Under the pieces are notes generated by a model that did not search any database, had not been told where the DNA came from, and saw only the letters and a list, made by a program, of their open reading frames with translations. This document shows positions 16,319 through 25,685 of a DNA stretch of 64,000 bases, piece by piece. Each line of letters begins with the position of its first letter. Position 1 is the first letter of the stretch. Where the stretch lies: positions 6,400-70,399 of the forward strand of contig DUUT01000197.1 of the NCBI GenBank assembly GCA_012841405.1, written 5' to 3'. The stretch comes from Chloroflexota bacterium. GTDB lineage: Bacteria > Chloroflexota > Anaerolineae > UBA1429. Made by a program: the position numbers and the translations under genes.

Positions 16319-18718
16319 ATGGTGCAAGAGAGACAGGCGCGTGGGCGCGGCGTCGGGCTGGTGCTTGTAGGCATGGTGCTGGTTGCTGCCCTCGGGGGAA
16401 GCTGGCTGGCCAAGAGGGGAGACGCTGAGGGGCAGACGCTCGGCCTCCCACCGGGAACGCGCGTCGGCTACCACCATGCGACGGGGCTGGTGCGGTTTCT
16501 CGGCGCGGCGGCGGGCGAGGCGTTGGCCGAGTATCCGAGTCTGTCATCGGCCGAAGGCCCCGAAGGGATCGCGGAAGCCTTTCTGAGCGTGTACGGCGGC
16601 CTCTTTGGCGTGGCGGACACGCAGCGGGACCTTGCCATTCAGTCCACAACCACGGCTCCGTCGGGGCGGACCGCGGTGCGCTACCAGCAGCACTACGACG
16701 GCGTGCCCATCGTGGCCGGCGAGTTGCTCGTGCAGGTTGATGCGTCGCAGCGAGTGTTGGCGGCCACCGGGGAGACCGCCAGAGACCTCACCCTCGATGT
16801 GACGCCGCGGCTGGCGTCCGACGAGGCGTGTCGGCGCGCGCTGGAGGATGTGGCACAGGAACGAGGCGCCGATCCCCAGGCGTTGACGTGCTCCGAGCCC
16901 GAGCTCTGGATCTATGATCCGGCGTTGCTCGATGCGCCGGGGCCGCGCCGCGCGCGCCTGGTGTGGCGTATGGAGATCCGCCACGCGGACGACCTGTCGG
17001 TGCGCGAGCTGGCACTCGTCGATGCCCACATGGGCGTGATGGCCCTGCGCTTTAGCATGGTCGATGAGGCCAAGCTGCGGAGGGTCCATGACAACGCGAA
17101 TGACGCCTCTCGCGGACTTCCGGGAACCCTGGTGCGCATCGAGGGGGGGCCGCCGGTAGGCGTGACCGATGCGGATGCCGCCTACGCGTTCCTGGGGGAC
17201 ACGTACGACCTGTACCATCGCCTGCACGGCCGCGATAGTTGGGATGGGGCGGGGGCGCCGATAGTGGTGACGACGCGATATTGCCCTCCCGGACAGGAGT
17301 GCCCCTACAGGAACGCGTTCTGGAACGGCACCCAGCTCGTGTTCGGCGAGGGGTATGCACGCGCTGACGATGTCGTGGCGCACGAGTACACCCATGCGGT
17401 GACCGAGCACACCTCACGCCTCTTCTACTACATGCAATCTGGAGCGATCAACGAAGCGTTCTCGGACATTTGGGGCGAATTCGTGGACCTCAGCAACGAC
17501 GGCGATGCGGGCAACGACGCCGAGCGATGGCTGGTCGGTGAGGATCTCACCAACGGCCCTGCCCGCAGCCTGAGTGACCCGCCGTCTTTCGCGTACCTGT
17601 TTCCCGATACGGGGCTCCAGCCGTATCCCGACCACATGGAGCACCCGGGCTACTACTGTGGTCATCTGGATAACGGCGGCGTACACCTGAACAGCGGGAT
17701 TGCGGCCAAGGTGGCCTATCTGCTGACAGATGGTGGCTCCTTCGGCGGGTATGACATCGGGCCGTTGGGCCTGGCCAAGACGGCAGCAGTGTTCTATGAG
17801 GTGCAGACCCAGTTGCTCACCTCCGGGGCGGGCTACGCCGATCTCCACGATGCGCTCATCCAGGCGGCCTACAACCTCGTCGTCGATGGCGTGTTGACGC
17901 CACCTGACGTGACGCACGTCGAGCGGGCGGTGGCGGCCGTGGGGATGGATCGACACCCCCCGGCGTGTGCCGTCGCTGTGGCGCCTCTGTGCACGGAGGG
18001 CTCTCCCCAGGACGTCTTTTATGATGACCTGGAGCGTCCCGAGGACGGCATCTGGACGGCGGTTACGCTCGAAGGGGTGTACAACAGCTTTTACTACCCC
18101 CAGAACCCGAACGACTTGGGCTTGGACGCCACGTATGCGCGCAGCGGAGTCACCAACATCTGGGGCTATGACCAGGAATATATCGGTGACTATGCCATGG
18201 TCATGATGCGCGACGTGGTGCTCCCTGCTGGGGCGTACCTGCGGTTCGAGCATGCGTTCGCTTTTGAAGAGGCGCCCAAGTGGGGGCAAGGGTTCGGCGC
18301 CGATGGAGGCGTCGTCGAGTACAGTATCGACGGGGGCGCCACCTGGCAGGATGCCGGCCCGTTGTTCACGCACAATGGCTATACGGGCCGATTGGTCGAA
18401 GGGTGGGGGAACCCCTTGGTCGGCAGGGAGGCCTTTGTCTCCGCAAGCAGGGGGTATATCACGAGTCGCCTGGACCTCCGCTCGCTGGCCGGTGAGCGGT
18501 TTCGCGTGCGCTTTCGCATTGGCACCGATGATGGCGGCAACGACTATGGGTGGTTCATCGATAACATTCACATCTACCACTGCCTTGACGCGCCGGGAGC
18601 GGCGACAGGCACGCCCACGTTGGTGGAGCCTACGCGCGCAACGCCCACGCGGGCAACGCCCACGGGTGTGCCGCATCCGTGGTGGTTCCCTGTGGCCATC
18701 AAGGAGTATGCGCGCTGA
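16319..18718 (+). CDS. secreted M4 (thermolysin-like) metallopeptidase with propeptide and C-terminal domain
   Basis: VVAHEYTHAV (HEXXH) and GAINEAFSDIWGE motifs. N-terminal signal/TM segment. Confidence 0.9.
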   Translation: MVQERQARGRGVGLVLVGMVLVAALGGSWLAKRGDAEGQTLGLPPGTRVGYHHATGLVRFLGAAAGEALAEYPSLSSAEGPEGIAEAFLSVYGGLFGVADTQRDLAIQSTTTAPSGRTAVRYQQHYDGVPIVAGELLVQVDASQRVLAATGETARDLTLDVTPRLASDEACRRALEDVAQERGADPQALTCSEPELWIYDPALLDAPGPRRARLVWRMEIRHADDLSVRELALVDAHMGVMALRFSMVDEAKLRRVHDNANDASRGLPGTLVRIEGGPPVGVTDADAAYAFLGDTYDLYHRLHGRDSWDGAGAPIVVTTRYCPPGQECPYRNAFWNGTQLVFGEGYARADDVVAHEYTHAVTEHTSRLFYYMQSGAINEAFSDIWGEFVDLSNDGDAGNDAERWLVGEDLTNGPARSLSDPPSFAYLFPDTGLQPYPDHMEHPGYYCGHLDNGGVHLNSGIAAKVAYLLTDGGSFGGYDIGPLGLAKTAAVFYEVQTQLLTSGAGYADLHDALIQAAYNLVVDGVLTPPDVTHVERAVAAVGMDRHPPACAVAVAPLCTEGSPQDVFYDDLERPEDGIWTAVTLEGVYNSFYYPQNPNDLGLDATYARSGVTNIWGYDQEYIGDYAMVMMRDVVLPAGAYLRFEHAFAFEEAPKWGQGFGADGGVVEYSIDGGATWQDAGPLFTHNGYTGRLVEGWGNPLVGREAFVSASRGYITSRLDLRSLAGERFRVRFRIGTDDGGNDYGWFIDNIHIYHCLDAPGAATGTPTLVEPTRATPTRATPTGVPHPWWFPVAIKEYAR

Positions 18719-18809
18719 GGGGACGGCCGTTGCTGGCCGCACGGCGATGCTGCCCAAGACGGGTCGCCCACTTCGGCCATTTTCGGGCTTGTGGGATTGC
18801 CTGCGGCCA

Positions 18810-18838
18810 TTGACACCTACCATCGTGGGGGCTATGCT
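18810..18838 (+). promoter_or_regulatory. sigma70-like promoter about 270 nt upstream of gcvH
   Basis: TTGACA (18810-18815), 17-nt spacer, TATGCT (18833-18838). Confidence 0.45.
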
Positions 18839-19109
18839 GGCAGTATGGGGGGCGTTCAGAGGCCCCACAGTGCGATGCTGTGCCCAGGACGCATTGCTGC
18901 CTGCGGTGAGGCGAGCCATGGGGCGCGCTGCTGCATCTGCGAGATGGGATGAGCGGAACCCGGAAAAGTGCGGGGCGCTGAGCAGTCCACGGGGTGGATT
19001 TGCGCCGGATGACGGATTGATGCAAGATAGGCACGACTTGTCAGGGGTCAGGTGATGTTGTCTTGATCGCATTCCAGCCCTAGCAAGAACATAACACGGA
19101 GGACCGCAC

Positions 19110-19517
19110 ATGCCATTCAAGGTTGACAGCAGATGCCGATACACCAAGACGCACGAATGGATTCGCGTTGAGGGGGATGAGGCGTACGTCGGGATCAGTG
19201 ACTATGCCCAGCAGCAGCTCAGCGACGTGGTCTTTGTCGAGATGCCCGAGGTCGGCGACAGCTTTGAGAAGGGCGAGGTCTTTGGCGTCGTCGAGTCAGT
19301 CAAGGCGGCGTCGGATGTCTACCTGCCGGTTGCCGGTGAGATCCTCGAGATCAATGAGGAGCTGGAGGACAGCCCCGACCTGGTGAACCGCGATCCGTAC
19401 GGCGATGGCTGGTTCGTCAAGTTTGTCATTGAGGATCACGAGGAGCTCCCTACGTTGATGGATGCGGACGCATATCAGCAGTTCGCGCAGCGTGCCGAGG
19501 AGGAGGGAGCGCACTAG
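19110..19517 (+). CDS. gcvH: glycine cleavage H protein
   Basis: Lipoyl-lysine context VVESVKAASDVYLPVAG. Confidence 0.95.
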   Translation: MPFKVDSRCRYTKTHEWIRVEGDEAYVGISDYAQQQLSDVVFVEMPEVGDSFEKGEVFGVVESVKAASDVYLPVAGEILEINEELEDSPDLVNRDPYGDGWFVKFVIEDHEELPTLMDADAYQQFAQRAEEEGAH

Positions 19518-20858
19518 ATGACACATGTGCCCCACACCGAAGACGAAAAGCGCTCCATGCTGGCACGCATCGGCGTGCGTAGCGTCGAGGATCTCTTTGG
19601 CGATGTGCCGACCGGGTACCGGTTCCCGTGGCTAGAGCTGCCCAGACCCCTCTCCGAACTCGAAATGATGGCCGAGTTGCGCGAGATCTCGGAAGGCAAT
19701 GCCGATCTCCAGCACACCGCCTGCTTCCTCGGCGCGGGGGCGTACCATCACTTCATACCCAGCGTTGTCGATCACGTCATCCGCCGATCCGAGTTCTATA
19801 CCGCCTATACGCCGTACCAGCCCGAGATCAGTCAGGGGACGCTACAGAGCGTCTTTGAGTACCAGTCCATGATCTGTGCGCTGACGGGCATGGAGGTGAG
19901 CAACGCGTCGCACTATGATGGGGCGACGGCCCTGGCCGAGGCCGTGATCATGGCGATCAATGTGGCACGAGGCAGGCGGACCAAGGTGGTGATGGCACCA
20001 TCGGTGCACCCCGAGTATCGTGCCACGGCGCGGACGTACACGCAGGGTATGAGCGTGGAGGTGGTGGGGGACGATCGCCTGGATAATGATCTGCAGGCAA
20101 TGGTAGAGATGGTGGACGATCGCACGGCTTGCCTGGTGCTCCAGACCCCCGACTTTTTCGGACGGATCGTGGACCTGGCAGGGGTGGCGGATGCCGTGCA
20201 TGCCAAAGGCGCTTTGCTGGCGGTCGTGTGCAACCCCATTGCGCTGGGCTTGCTCAAGCCGCCGGGAGCGTTTGGCGCCGACATCGTGTTGGGCGAGGGG
20301 CAACCGCTGGGTATCCCCCTGAGCTATGGAGGGCCGTACCTGGGCTTCTTTGCCTGTCGAGAGGAGTACGTCCGACGGATGGCGGGGCGCCTGGTGGGTG
20401 AGACGATCGACGCTGACGGTAGGCGTGGCTATGTGCTCACCCTGTCGACGCGCGAGCAACACATTCGTCGCGAGCGCGCCACATCCAACATCTGCACGAA
20501 TCAGGGCCTCAACGTGCTCGCGGCGGCGGCGTATCTGGCGGCGATGGGGCGGTGTGGTCTGCCACAGGTGGCGAGGCTGTGTTACCATCGCGCCCACTAC
20601 GCTGCCGATGCGATCTCGGTGCTTGACCAGTATACGGTAGACATGGCGCAGCCCTTCTTCCACGAGTTTGTCGTGCACTGCCCTCGGCCGGTGGAAGAGA
20701 TCAATGCCATCCTGCTGGAGGAGCATGGCATCATCGGCGGCTATGACCTGTCCAAGGCGTATCCCGAGTTGGTCAACCAGATGCTGGTCTGCGTCACCGA
20801 GATGAACTCGGTGGACGAGATCGACGCCCTGGTGCAGGCGCTGGAGGAATCGGCCTGA
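19518..20858 (+). CDS. gcvPA: glycine dehydrogenase (decarboxylating) subunit 1
   Basis: Full-length GcvPA-like sequence that abuts gcvH. Confidence 0.95.
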   Translation: MTHVPHTEDEKRSMLARIGVRSVEDLFGDVPTGYRFPWLELPRPLSELEMMAELREISEGNADLQHTACFLGAGAYHHFIPSVVDHVIRRSEFYTAYTPYQPEISQGTLQSVFEYQSMICALTGMEVSNASHYDGATALAEAVIMAINVARGRRTKVVMAPSVHPEYRATARTYTQGMSVEVVGDDRLDNDLQAMVEMVDDRTACLVLQTPDFFGRIVDLAGVADAVHAKGALLAVVCNPIALGLLKPPGAFGADIVLGEGQPLGIPLSYGGPYLGFFACREEYVRRMAGRLVGETIDADGRRGYVLTLSTREQHIRRERATSNICTNQGLNVLAAAAYLAAMGRCGLPQVARLCYHRAHYAADAISVLDQYTVDMAQPFFHEFVVHCPRPVEEINAILLEEHGIIGGYDLSKAYPELVNQMLVCVTEMNSVDEIDALVQALEESA

Positions 20859-22453
20859 TGAACGCAGAGCACAACGACGCCAAGCGTGGTGTGGCGCTGC
20901 CGATGCAGCGCCGCGTAGAGCCTGTTATCTATGAGCTCGGGGCGCCGGGACGTTGCGCGGCGACGCTGCCACCGCTAGACGTGCCCGAGGCCGACCTGCC
21001 CCCGGCCGAGCTCTTGCGCGACGACCTCGACCTGCCCGAGGTCACCGAAGGCGATCTGATGCGGCACTATGTGCGGCTGTCGCAGAAGAACTGGGGCGTT
21101 GATGTGGGTTTCTACCCACTCGGCTCCTGTACGATGAAGTACAACCCCAAGGTCAACGAGGACGCGGTACGCTTGCCGGGCTTTGCGGAGACGCATCCGT
21201 ACCAGCCCGAAGACTCGGTGCAGGGCAATCTCCAGCTGATGTACGAGCTGCAGGAGTACCTCAAGGAGATAGGTGGGTTCGCGGCGGTCAGTCTACAGCC
21301 GGCGGCGGGGGCCCACGGCGAGCTGACGGGCGTCCTCATGATGCGTGCCTACCACGCAGCAAGGGGTGATGCGGAGCGCAAGCGTGTGCTGATTCCCGAC
21401 TCGGCCCACGGGACAAACCCCGCAAGCACCGCCATGGCAGGCTTTGAGGCGGTCGAGGTGGCCTCCGATGCACGGGGCAATGTCGACCTGGACGATCTGT
21501 GCGCCAAGCTCGATGAGCGCGTTGTCGGCATGATGCTGACGAATCCCAACACGCTGGGGCTGTTCGACGAGAACGTTCTCGAGGTCTCGCGTCTCGTACA
21601 CGAGGCCGGTGGGCTGATGTATGGCGATGGCGCCAACCTGAACGCTCTCCTCGGAATCGCCAAGCCGGGCGAGCTCGGGTTCGACGTCATGCACTATAAC
21701 CTGCACAAGACATTCTCGACGCCTCACGGCGGTGGCGGTCCGGGATCCGGCCCGGTGGGCGTGAGCGAGGCGTTGGTAGAGTTTCTCCCCGGCCCGATCG
21801 TGACGGCCGAGCCATGCATGATCGACACGATCACAGGGAAGCGACTGCCGGAGGAGGCCGCCAACGCTTGGGCGGTGGCTGACAGTGACTGGGATGATGC
21901 CTGCCGAGAGGGGCTGTGGTACCGGCTCGAAATGCCGGCGCGGTCGATTGGCCGCGTCAAGGCGTTCTACGGTCACTTTGGGATTATGGTGCGCGCCTAT
22001 ACCTACATCCGCATGCTGGGGGCGCGTGGGCTGCGCGAGGTCAGCGAGGCGGCCGTCCTGAACGCCAACTATTTGCAGGCGATCCTAAAGGACGTGTACC
22101 CGCTGCCCTATGAGCGGACGTGCATGCACGAGTTCGTGGTGCAAGGCAAGAATGAAGGCGCTCCCGACGTGCGGGCTCTCGACATCGCCAAGCGCCTCAT
22201 CGATTACGGCGTGCACCCGCCGACGAACTACTTTCCGCTGATCGTGCCCGAGGCACTGATGATCGAGCCGACAGAGACGGAGAGCAAGGATACCCTCGAC
22301 TATTTCGCCGATGTGATGCAGCGTATCGCCGAGGAGGCGCGCACAGAGCCCGAGACGCTGCACGAGGCGCCGGTCAATGCGCCTGTGCGTCGGCTGGACG
22401 AGGTACGGGCGGCGCGCAATCCGGTGTTGCGCTGGAGGCGGCCAGCGCGCTGA
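20858..22453 (+). CDS. gcvPB: glycine dehydrogenase (decarboxylating) subunit 2
   Basis: HYNLHKTFSTPHGGGGPG (PLP-lysine region). The ATG overlaps the gcvPA stop. Confidence 0.95.
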   Translation: MNAEHNDAKRGVALPMQRRVEPVIYELGAPGRCAATLPPLDVPEADLPPAELLRDDLDLPEVTEGDLMRHYVRLSQKNWGVDVGFYPLGSCTMKYNPKVNEDAVRLPGFAETHPYQPEDSVQGNLQLMYELQEYLKEIGGFAAVSLQPAAGAHGELTGVLMMRAYHAARGDAERKRVLIPDSAHGTNPASTAMAGFEAVEVASDARGNVDLDDLCAKLDERVVGMMLTNPNTLGLFDENVLEVSRLVHEAGGLMYGDGANLNALLGIAKPGELGFDVMHYNLHKTFSTPHGGGGPGSGPVGVSEALVEFLPGPIVTAEPCMIDTITGKRLPEEAANAWAVADSDWDDACREGLWYRLEMPARSIGRVKAFYGHFGIMVRAYTYIRMLGARGLREVSEAAVLNANYLQAILKDVYPLPYERTCMHEFVVQGKNEGAPDVRALDIAKRLIDYGVHPPTNYFPLIVPEALMIEPTETESKDTLDYFADVMQRIAEEARTEPETLHEAPVNAPVRRLDEVRAARNPVLRWRRPAR

Positions 22454-22477
22454 CGGCGCTGGGGCTGAGGTAATTCG

Positions 22478-22513
22478 CAGGGGCACGGGGAGCGGTCCGT
22501 GCCCCTGTTTGTT
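22478..22513 (+). terminator. intrinsic terminator after gcvPB
   Basis: CAGGGGCACGG pairs with CCGTGCCCCTG, followed by TTTGTT. Confidence 0.8.
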
Positions 22514-22580
22514 CGAGGCGTACGGTTCGCCAAAGCACGCGCGCTATTCGCAGCATGCACATGATAGGGGAGGGCGCAGG

Positions 22581-23588
22581 ATGGATCGCTCACAGTACAG
22601 GCCGGTGGTGGGGATCATGATGGGAGACCCCGCCGGAATCGGACCGGAGGTGGCGCTCAAGAGCGCCGTGGACGCCTCTGTACGCGAGGTGTGCCGGCCG
22701 CTACTCATCGGCAGCTATGCGGTGTTCGATAGGGCGCGTAAGGATCTCGATGTGGCCGTGCAACTGCTGCGGCTGTCCAGCGACGAACCGATCGACGCCG
22801 TCGATGGTGCTGGCGCGAGCGCCGTCCCCGTGATCGAGGTTGTCGGCGATGAGGCGCTGCTACCGGTGGCGACGGTGAGCAAAGAAGCCGGCGCCGTGGT
22901 GGCGGCGATGATCCGCGCGGGGTTCGCGCTGGCCTCTGAGGGGCGGGTGGGAGCGCTGGCCATGGCGCCGATCACCAAAGAGTCCCTGGCGCTGGCGGCG
23001 GGGTACGCCTCCGAGTTCGAGTTGTTCGAGGACATCACGGGCCAGACGGACCTGCGCGCTGCGGTCAAGTGGGGCAATCTCCTGCGTATCACCGTGACGG
23101 AGCACATGGCCTTTCGCGATATCGTCTCGCGGCTGACGCCAGAGCGTATTGTCACCGCCACGGAGCAGCTCGTGGGCATGATGCGGCGGCTCGGGACGGA
23201 ACAGCCGCGGGTGGCGGTTGCGGCACTGAACCCCCACGGCGGCGAGGGGGGCCTCTTTGGCGACGAGGAGCGTACCATCATCACGCCAGCCATCGAGACG
23301 CTGGCCGAGCGCGGTATCGTGGTGCGCGGGCCGGTGCCTGCGGATACGGTGTTCGTGCGCGCGATGCGCGGCGAGTTCGATGGCGTGACGTTCCTGTACC
23401 ACGACCAGGGCAATATCGCCATGAAGACGGCGGCGTTCGGCGAGGGCGTGGTCATCTATGCCGGGCTGCCGCTGAGTGTCGTCACGCCCGGCCATGGGAG
23501 TGCGTTCGACATCGCCGGCAAGGGAATCGCTGACCCGGGCAACATGATCGAGGCGGTGCGAACGGCCGCCGTGTTGGCGGGGCGGTAG
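22581..23588 (+). CDS. pdxA: PdxA-family 4-hydroxythreonine-4-phosphate dehydrogenase-like enzyme
   Basis: [50 protein letters not shown] 22581 preceded by GGGGAGGG. Confidence 0.8.
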   Translation: MDRSQYRPVVGIMMGDPAGIGPEVALKSAVDASVREVCRPLLIGSYAVFDRARKDLDVAVQLLRLSSDEPIDAVDGAGASAVPVIEVVGDEALLPVATVSKEAGAVVAAMIRAGFALASEGRVGALAMAPITKESLALAAGYASEFELFEDITGQTDLRAAVKWGNLLRITVTEHMAFRDIVSRLTPERIVTATEQLVGMMRRLGTEQPRVAVAALNPHGGEGGLFGDEERTIITPAIETLAERGIVVRGPVPADTVFVRAMRGEFDGVTFLYHDQGNIAMKTAAFGEGVVIYAGLPLSVVTPGHGSAFDIAGKGIADPGNMIEAVRTAAVLAGR

Positions 23589-23595
23589 GCGCACC

Positions 23596-24273
23596 ATGCT
23601 GTACTTGGTGGCGACACCGATCGGCAACCTGGGAGACATCAGCCTGCGGGCGCTAGAGACGCTGCGCACGGTGGATCTGGTGGCCAGCGAGGACACGCGC
23701 AAGACCGGGCGCCTCCTGAAGCACTATGACATCCACAAGCCCCAGGTGGCCTTTCACGAGTACAACGAGGCGGAGGCGACGCCGCGTATCGTCGAGGTAC
23801 TCAAGGATGGAGCGTCGGTGGCGCTGGTGGCCAACGCGGGGACGCCGGGGATCTCGGATCCGGGATACTCTTTGGTGCGCGCGGCGGTGGAGCACGACCT
23901 GCCCGTAACGATGATCCCCGGGCCCACGGCGCTAGTGATGGCGGTGGTGCTGTCGGGGCTCCCCGCTCACAGCTTTGTCTTTCGGGGGTTTACGCCGCGG
24001 CGGTCGGCAGCGCGCCAACGGTTCTATGCCGCCGATGCCGAGATCCCCTACACGCTCATCTATTACGAGAGCCCCTATCGGCTGCTCGCCTCGCTCGAGG
24101 ATGCTCTGGCGGTGTTTGGCAACCGTCGGGCGGCGCTGGCGAATGACCTCACCAAGATGTACGAGGCGGTGGAACGTGGCACGCTCACCGAACTCATCGA
24201 GCGGCTGCGGGGCACGCCCATTCGCGGGGAGTATGTGCTGGTGGTCGCCGGGGCGGAGGCGGCGCAGGGCTAG
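23596..24273 (+). CDS. rsmI: 16S rRNA (cytidine1402-2'-O)-methyltransferase
   Basis: [35 protein letters not shown]. Confidence 0.9.
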   Translation: MLYLVATPIGNLGDISLRALETLRTVDLVASEDTRKTGRLLKHYDIHKPQVAFHEYNEAEATPRIVEVLKDGASVALVANAGTPGISDPGYSLVRAAVEHDLPVTMIPGPTALVMAVVLSGLPAHSFVFRGFTPRRSAARQRFYAADAEIPYTLIYYESPYRLLASLEDALAVFGNRRAALANDLTKMYEAVERGTLTELIERLRGTPIRGEYVLVVAGAEAAQG

Positions 24274-24403
24274 GGCGTGTGTGAAAAAGGGCCACAGCTC
24301 CGATCTGTGCGTGGCGAGAAACCTTGTCGATGGGCGTCAAGGCACCTCGTTTACGCTCGGGACGACATCGTTTCGACGTCGGGTGCATTCTTGAGACACG
24401 GCC
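24273..24403 (+). mobile_element. MITE-like repeat, 131 nt, TA-flanked within CTAG
   Basis: TA at 24271-72 and 24404-05. TIRs GGGCGTGTGTGAAAAAGG and (reverse complement) GGCCGTGTCTCAAGAATG. The first G completes the rsmI TAG. Confidence 0.6.
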
Positions 24404-24405
24404 TA

Positions 24406-24578
24406 GGACGTGTTCGGAAAAGAGCCACAGGATCGCTCCGCGTCATCATGATCCCGTCGTACGCCGCGGTGTGCTTGCAGCGTAGCGCGGCGTACGACGG
24501 TGTAGCGCGGGGCTGCGCGCGAGGCGGGCGCCCCGAGGCGGCGATGCCGCCCAGGGGCAGGGGTTCGTAACACCGTCC
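24406..24578 (+). mobile_element. second, tandem MITE-like repeat (about 173 nt subfamily) with internal 15-bp perfect hairpin
   Basis: Ends GGACGTGTTCGGAAAAGAGCC and ...GTTCGTAACACCGTCC. Hairpin CCGTCGTACGCCGCG (24454-68) pairs with CGCGGCGTACGACGG (24486-500). Confidence 0.5.
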
Positions 24579-24704
24579 ATGGAGCTTTCGAGGGCACGCG
24601 CAGCGTGACGGATGTGATGGTGCCACGGCTCCCTCCCCTGCGGAGCGGAAGGAGTTGCCTGAGCAAGCGGTAGCGCCACGAGCAGTGCCGTGGAGGTGGA
24701 CGGA

Positions 24705-25652
24705 ATGGTTGATTTCCGGGGAATCTGGCCCGCAGTCGTCACGCCGCAGGATGCAGAGGGGCGCGTCGACGTTGACGCCGCCACAAGGCTGATCGATGTG
24801 CTGCTCGAAGCGGGGATAAGCGGCCTATACGTCCTCGGCGGTGCAGGCGAGGGCGTGCTCTTGCCACGAAGAGTGCGTCACGAAATGGCGGACGTAGCAA
24901 TGGCGGCTGTGGGGGGCCGGGTGCCCGTGATGGTGCATGTGGGGGCGCTGGCGACCGATACCGCCGTAGAGCTCGCTCAGCACGCAAACCTCGCGGGCGC
25001 CGACGCCATCAGTGCCGTGTTGCCCTTTTACTATGACTATCCGTTTGAGGCCATTCTGGCGCATTACCGCGCGATCTGCCGCGAATCGCAGGTCCCGGTG
25101 ATGGTGCACCATGCACCGACAACGGCGGCGGCCATTATTCGCCCAGAGCAGCTCCTCGAGATTTGCGCGCTCGACGGGGTGGGAGGCGTGCTCTACGTGT
25201 CACGCGACATGCAGTTCCTCTCGCACCTGATGGCGCGGCGCGACCCGAGCGCGGTGGCTATCCTGTCGGGGACCGATGAGCTGTTGTTGCCCTCCCTGGC
25301 TCTGGGGGTAGAGGGGGCGACGGGCATCACCGCGAATGTGTTGCCGCGACTGTTCATGGATATGGTCGAGTCGTTCGCTCGCGGCGAGGTCGAGGCGGCG
25401 CGCCAGCTGCAGTTCGCCGCCAACCGCATCATCGCCGCGATGCAGCCCTACGGCCTGGTGCCCGCCGTCAAGGCGACGCTGACGAGCCTGGGGATCCGAG
25501 CTGGCGGCGCGAGATTGCCCATGAGGGCAGTGGAGGGCGAGCAGGCGCGCCGGTTGCGGCGCGATCTCGACGCGGCCGGCCTGCCCGAGCTCGTGCGGCG
25601 CAAGGCGCTCTATGGACGCGAGGGAGACGCGCTACGGGGGCGGCTGGGCTAG
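24705..25652 (+). CDS. dihydrodipicolinate synthase/N-acetylneuraminate lyase family protein
   Basis: FRGIWPAVVTPQDAEGRVD...GISGLYVLGGAGEG. An alternative GTG start lies at 24690. Confidence 0.75.
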   Translation: MVDFRGIWPAVVTPQDAEGRVDVDAATRLIDVLLEAGISGLYVLGGAGEGVLLPRRVRHEMADVAMAAVGGRVPVMVHVGALATDTAVELAQHANLAGADAISAVLPFYYDYPFEAILAHYRAICRESQVPVMVHHAPTTAAAIIRPEQLLEICALDGVGGVLYVSRDMQFLSHLMARRDPSAVAILSGTDELLLPSLALGVEGATGITANVLPRLFMDMVESFARGEVEAARQLQFAANRIIAAMQPYGLVPAVKATLTSLGIRAGGARLPMRAVEGEQARRLRRDLDAAGLPELVRRKALYGREGDALRGRLG

Positions 25653-25685
25653 ACGCGGACTGGCCCCTCGACGCGAGGTCGGCCG

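Noticed and set aside
18637-18675. Short tandem repeat in the M4 protease gene (15-nt unit, about 2.3 copies, encoding PTRATPTRATPTG).
   Set aside because: It is an in-frame low-complexity linker near the C-terminus, with no sign of an array or regulatory role.
24273-24403. Interpreting the repeats as an orientation-specific 3'-UTR RNA motif or REP element. Three full copies are co-oriented with the upstream gene and lie 3 nt after TAG.
   Set aside because: Inverted-repeat ends plus TA flanks within CTAG explain the fixed spacing from TAG without invoking RNA function. Co-orientation in three of three cases is weak evidence. An RNA-level role is not excluded.
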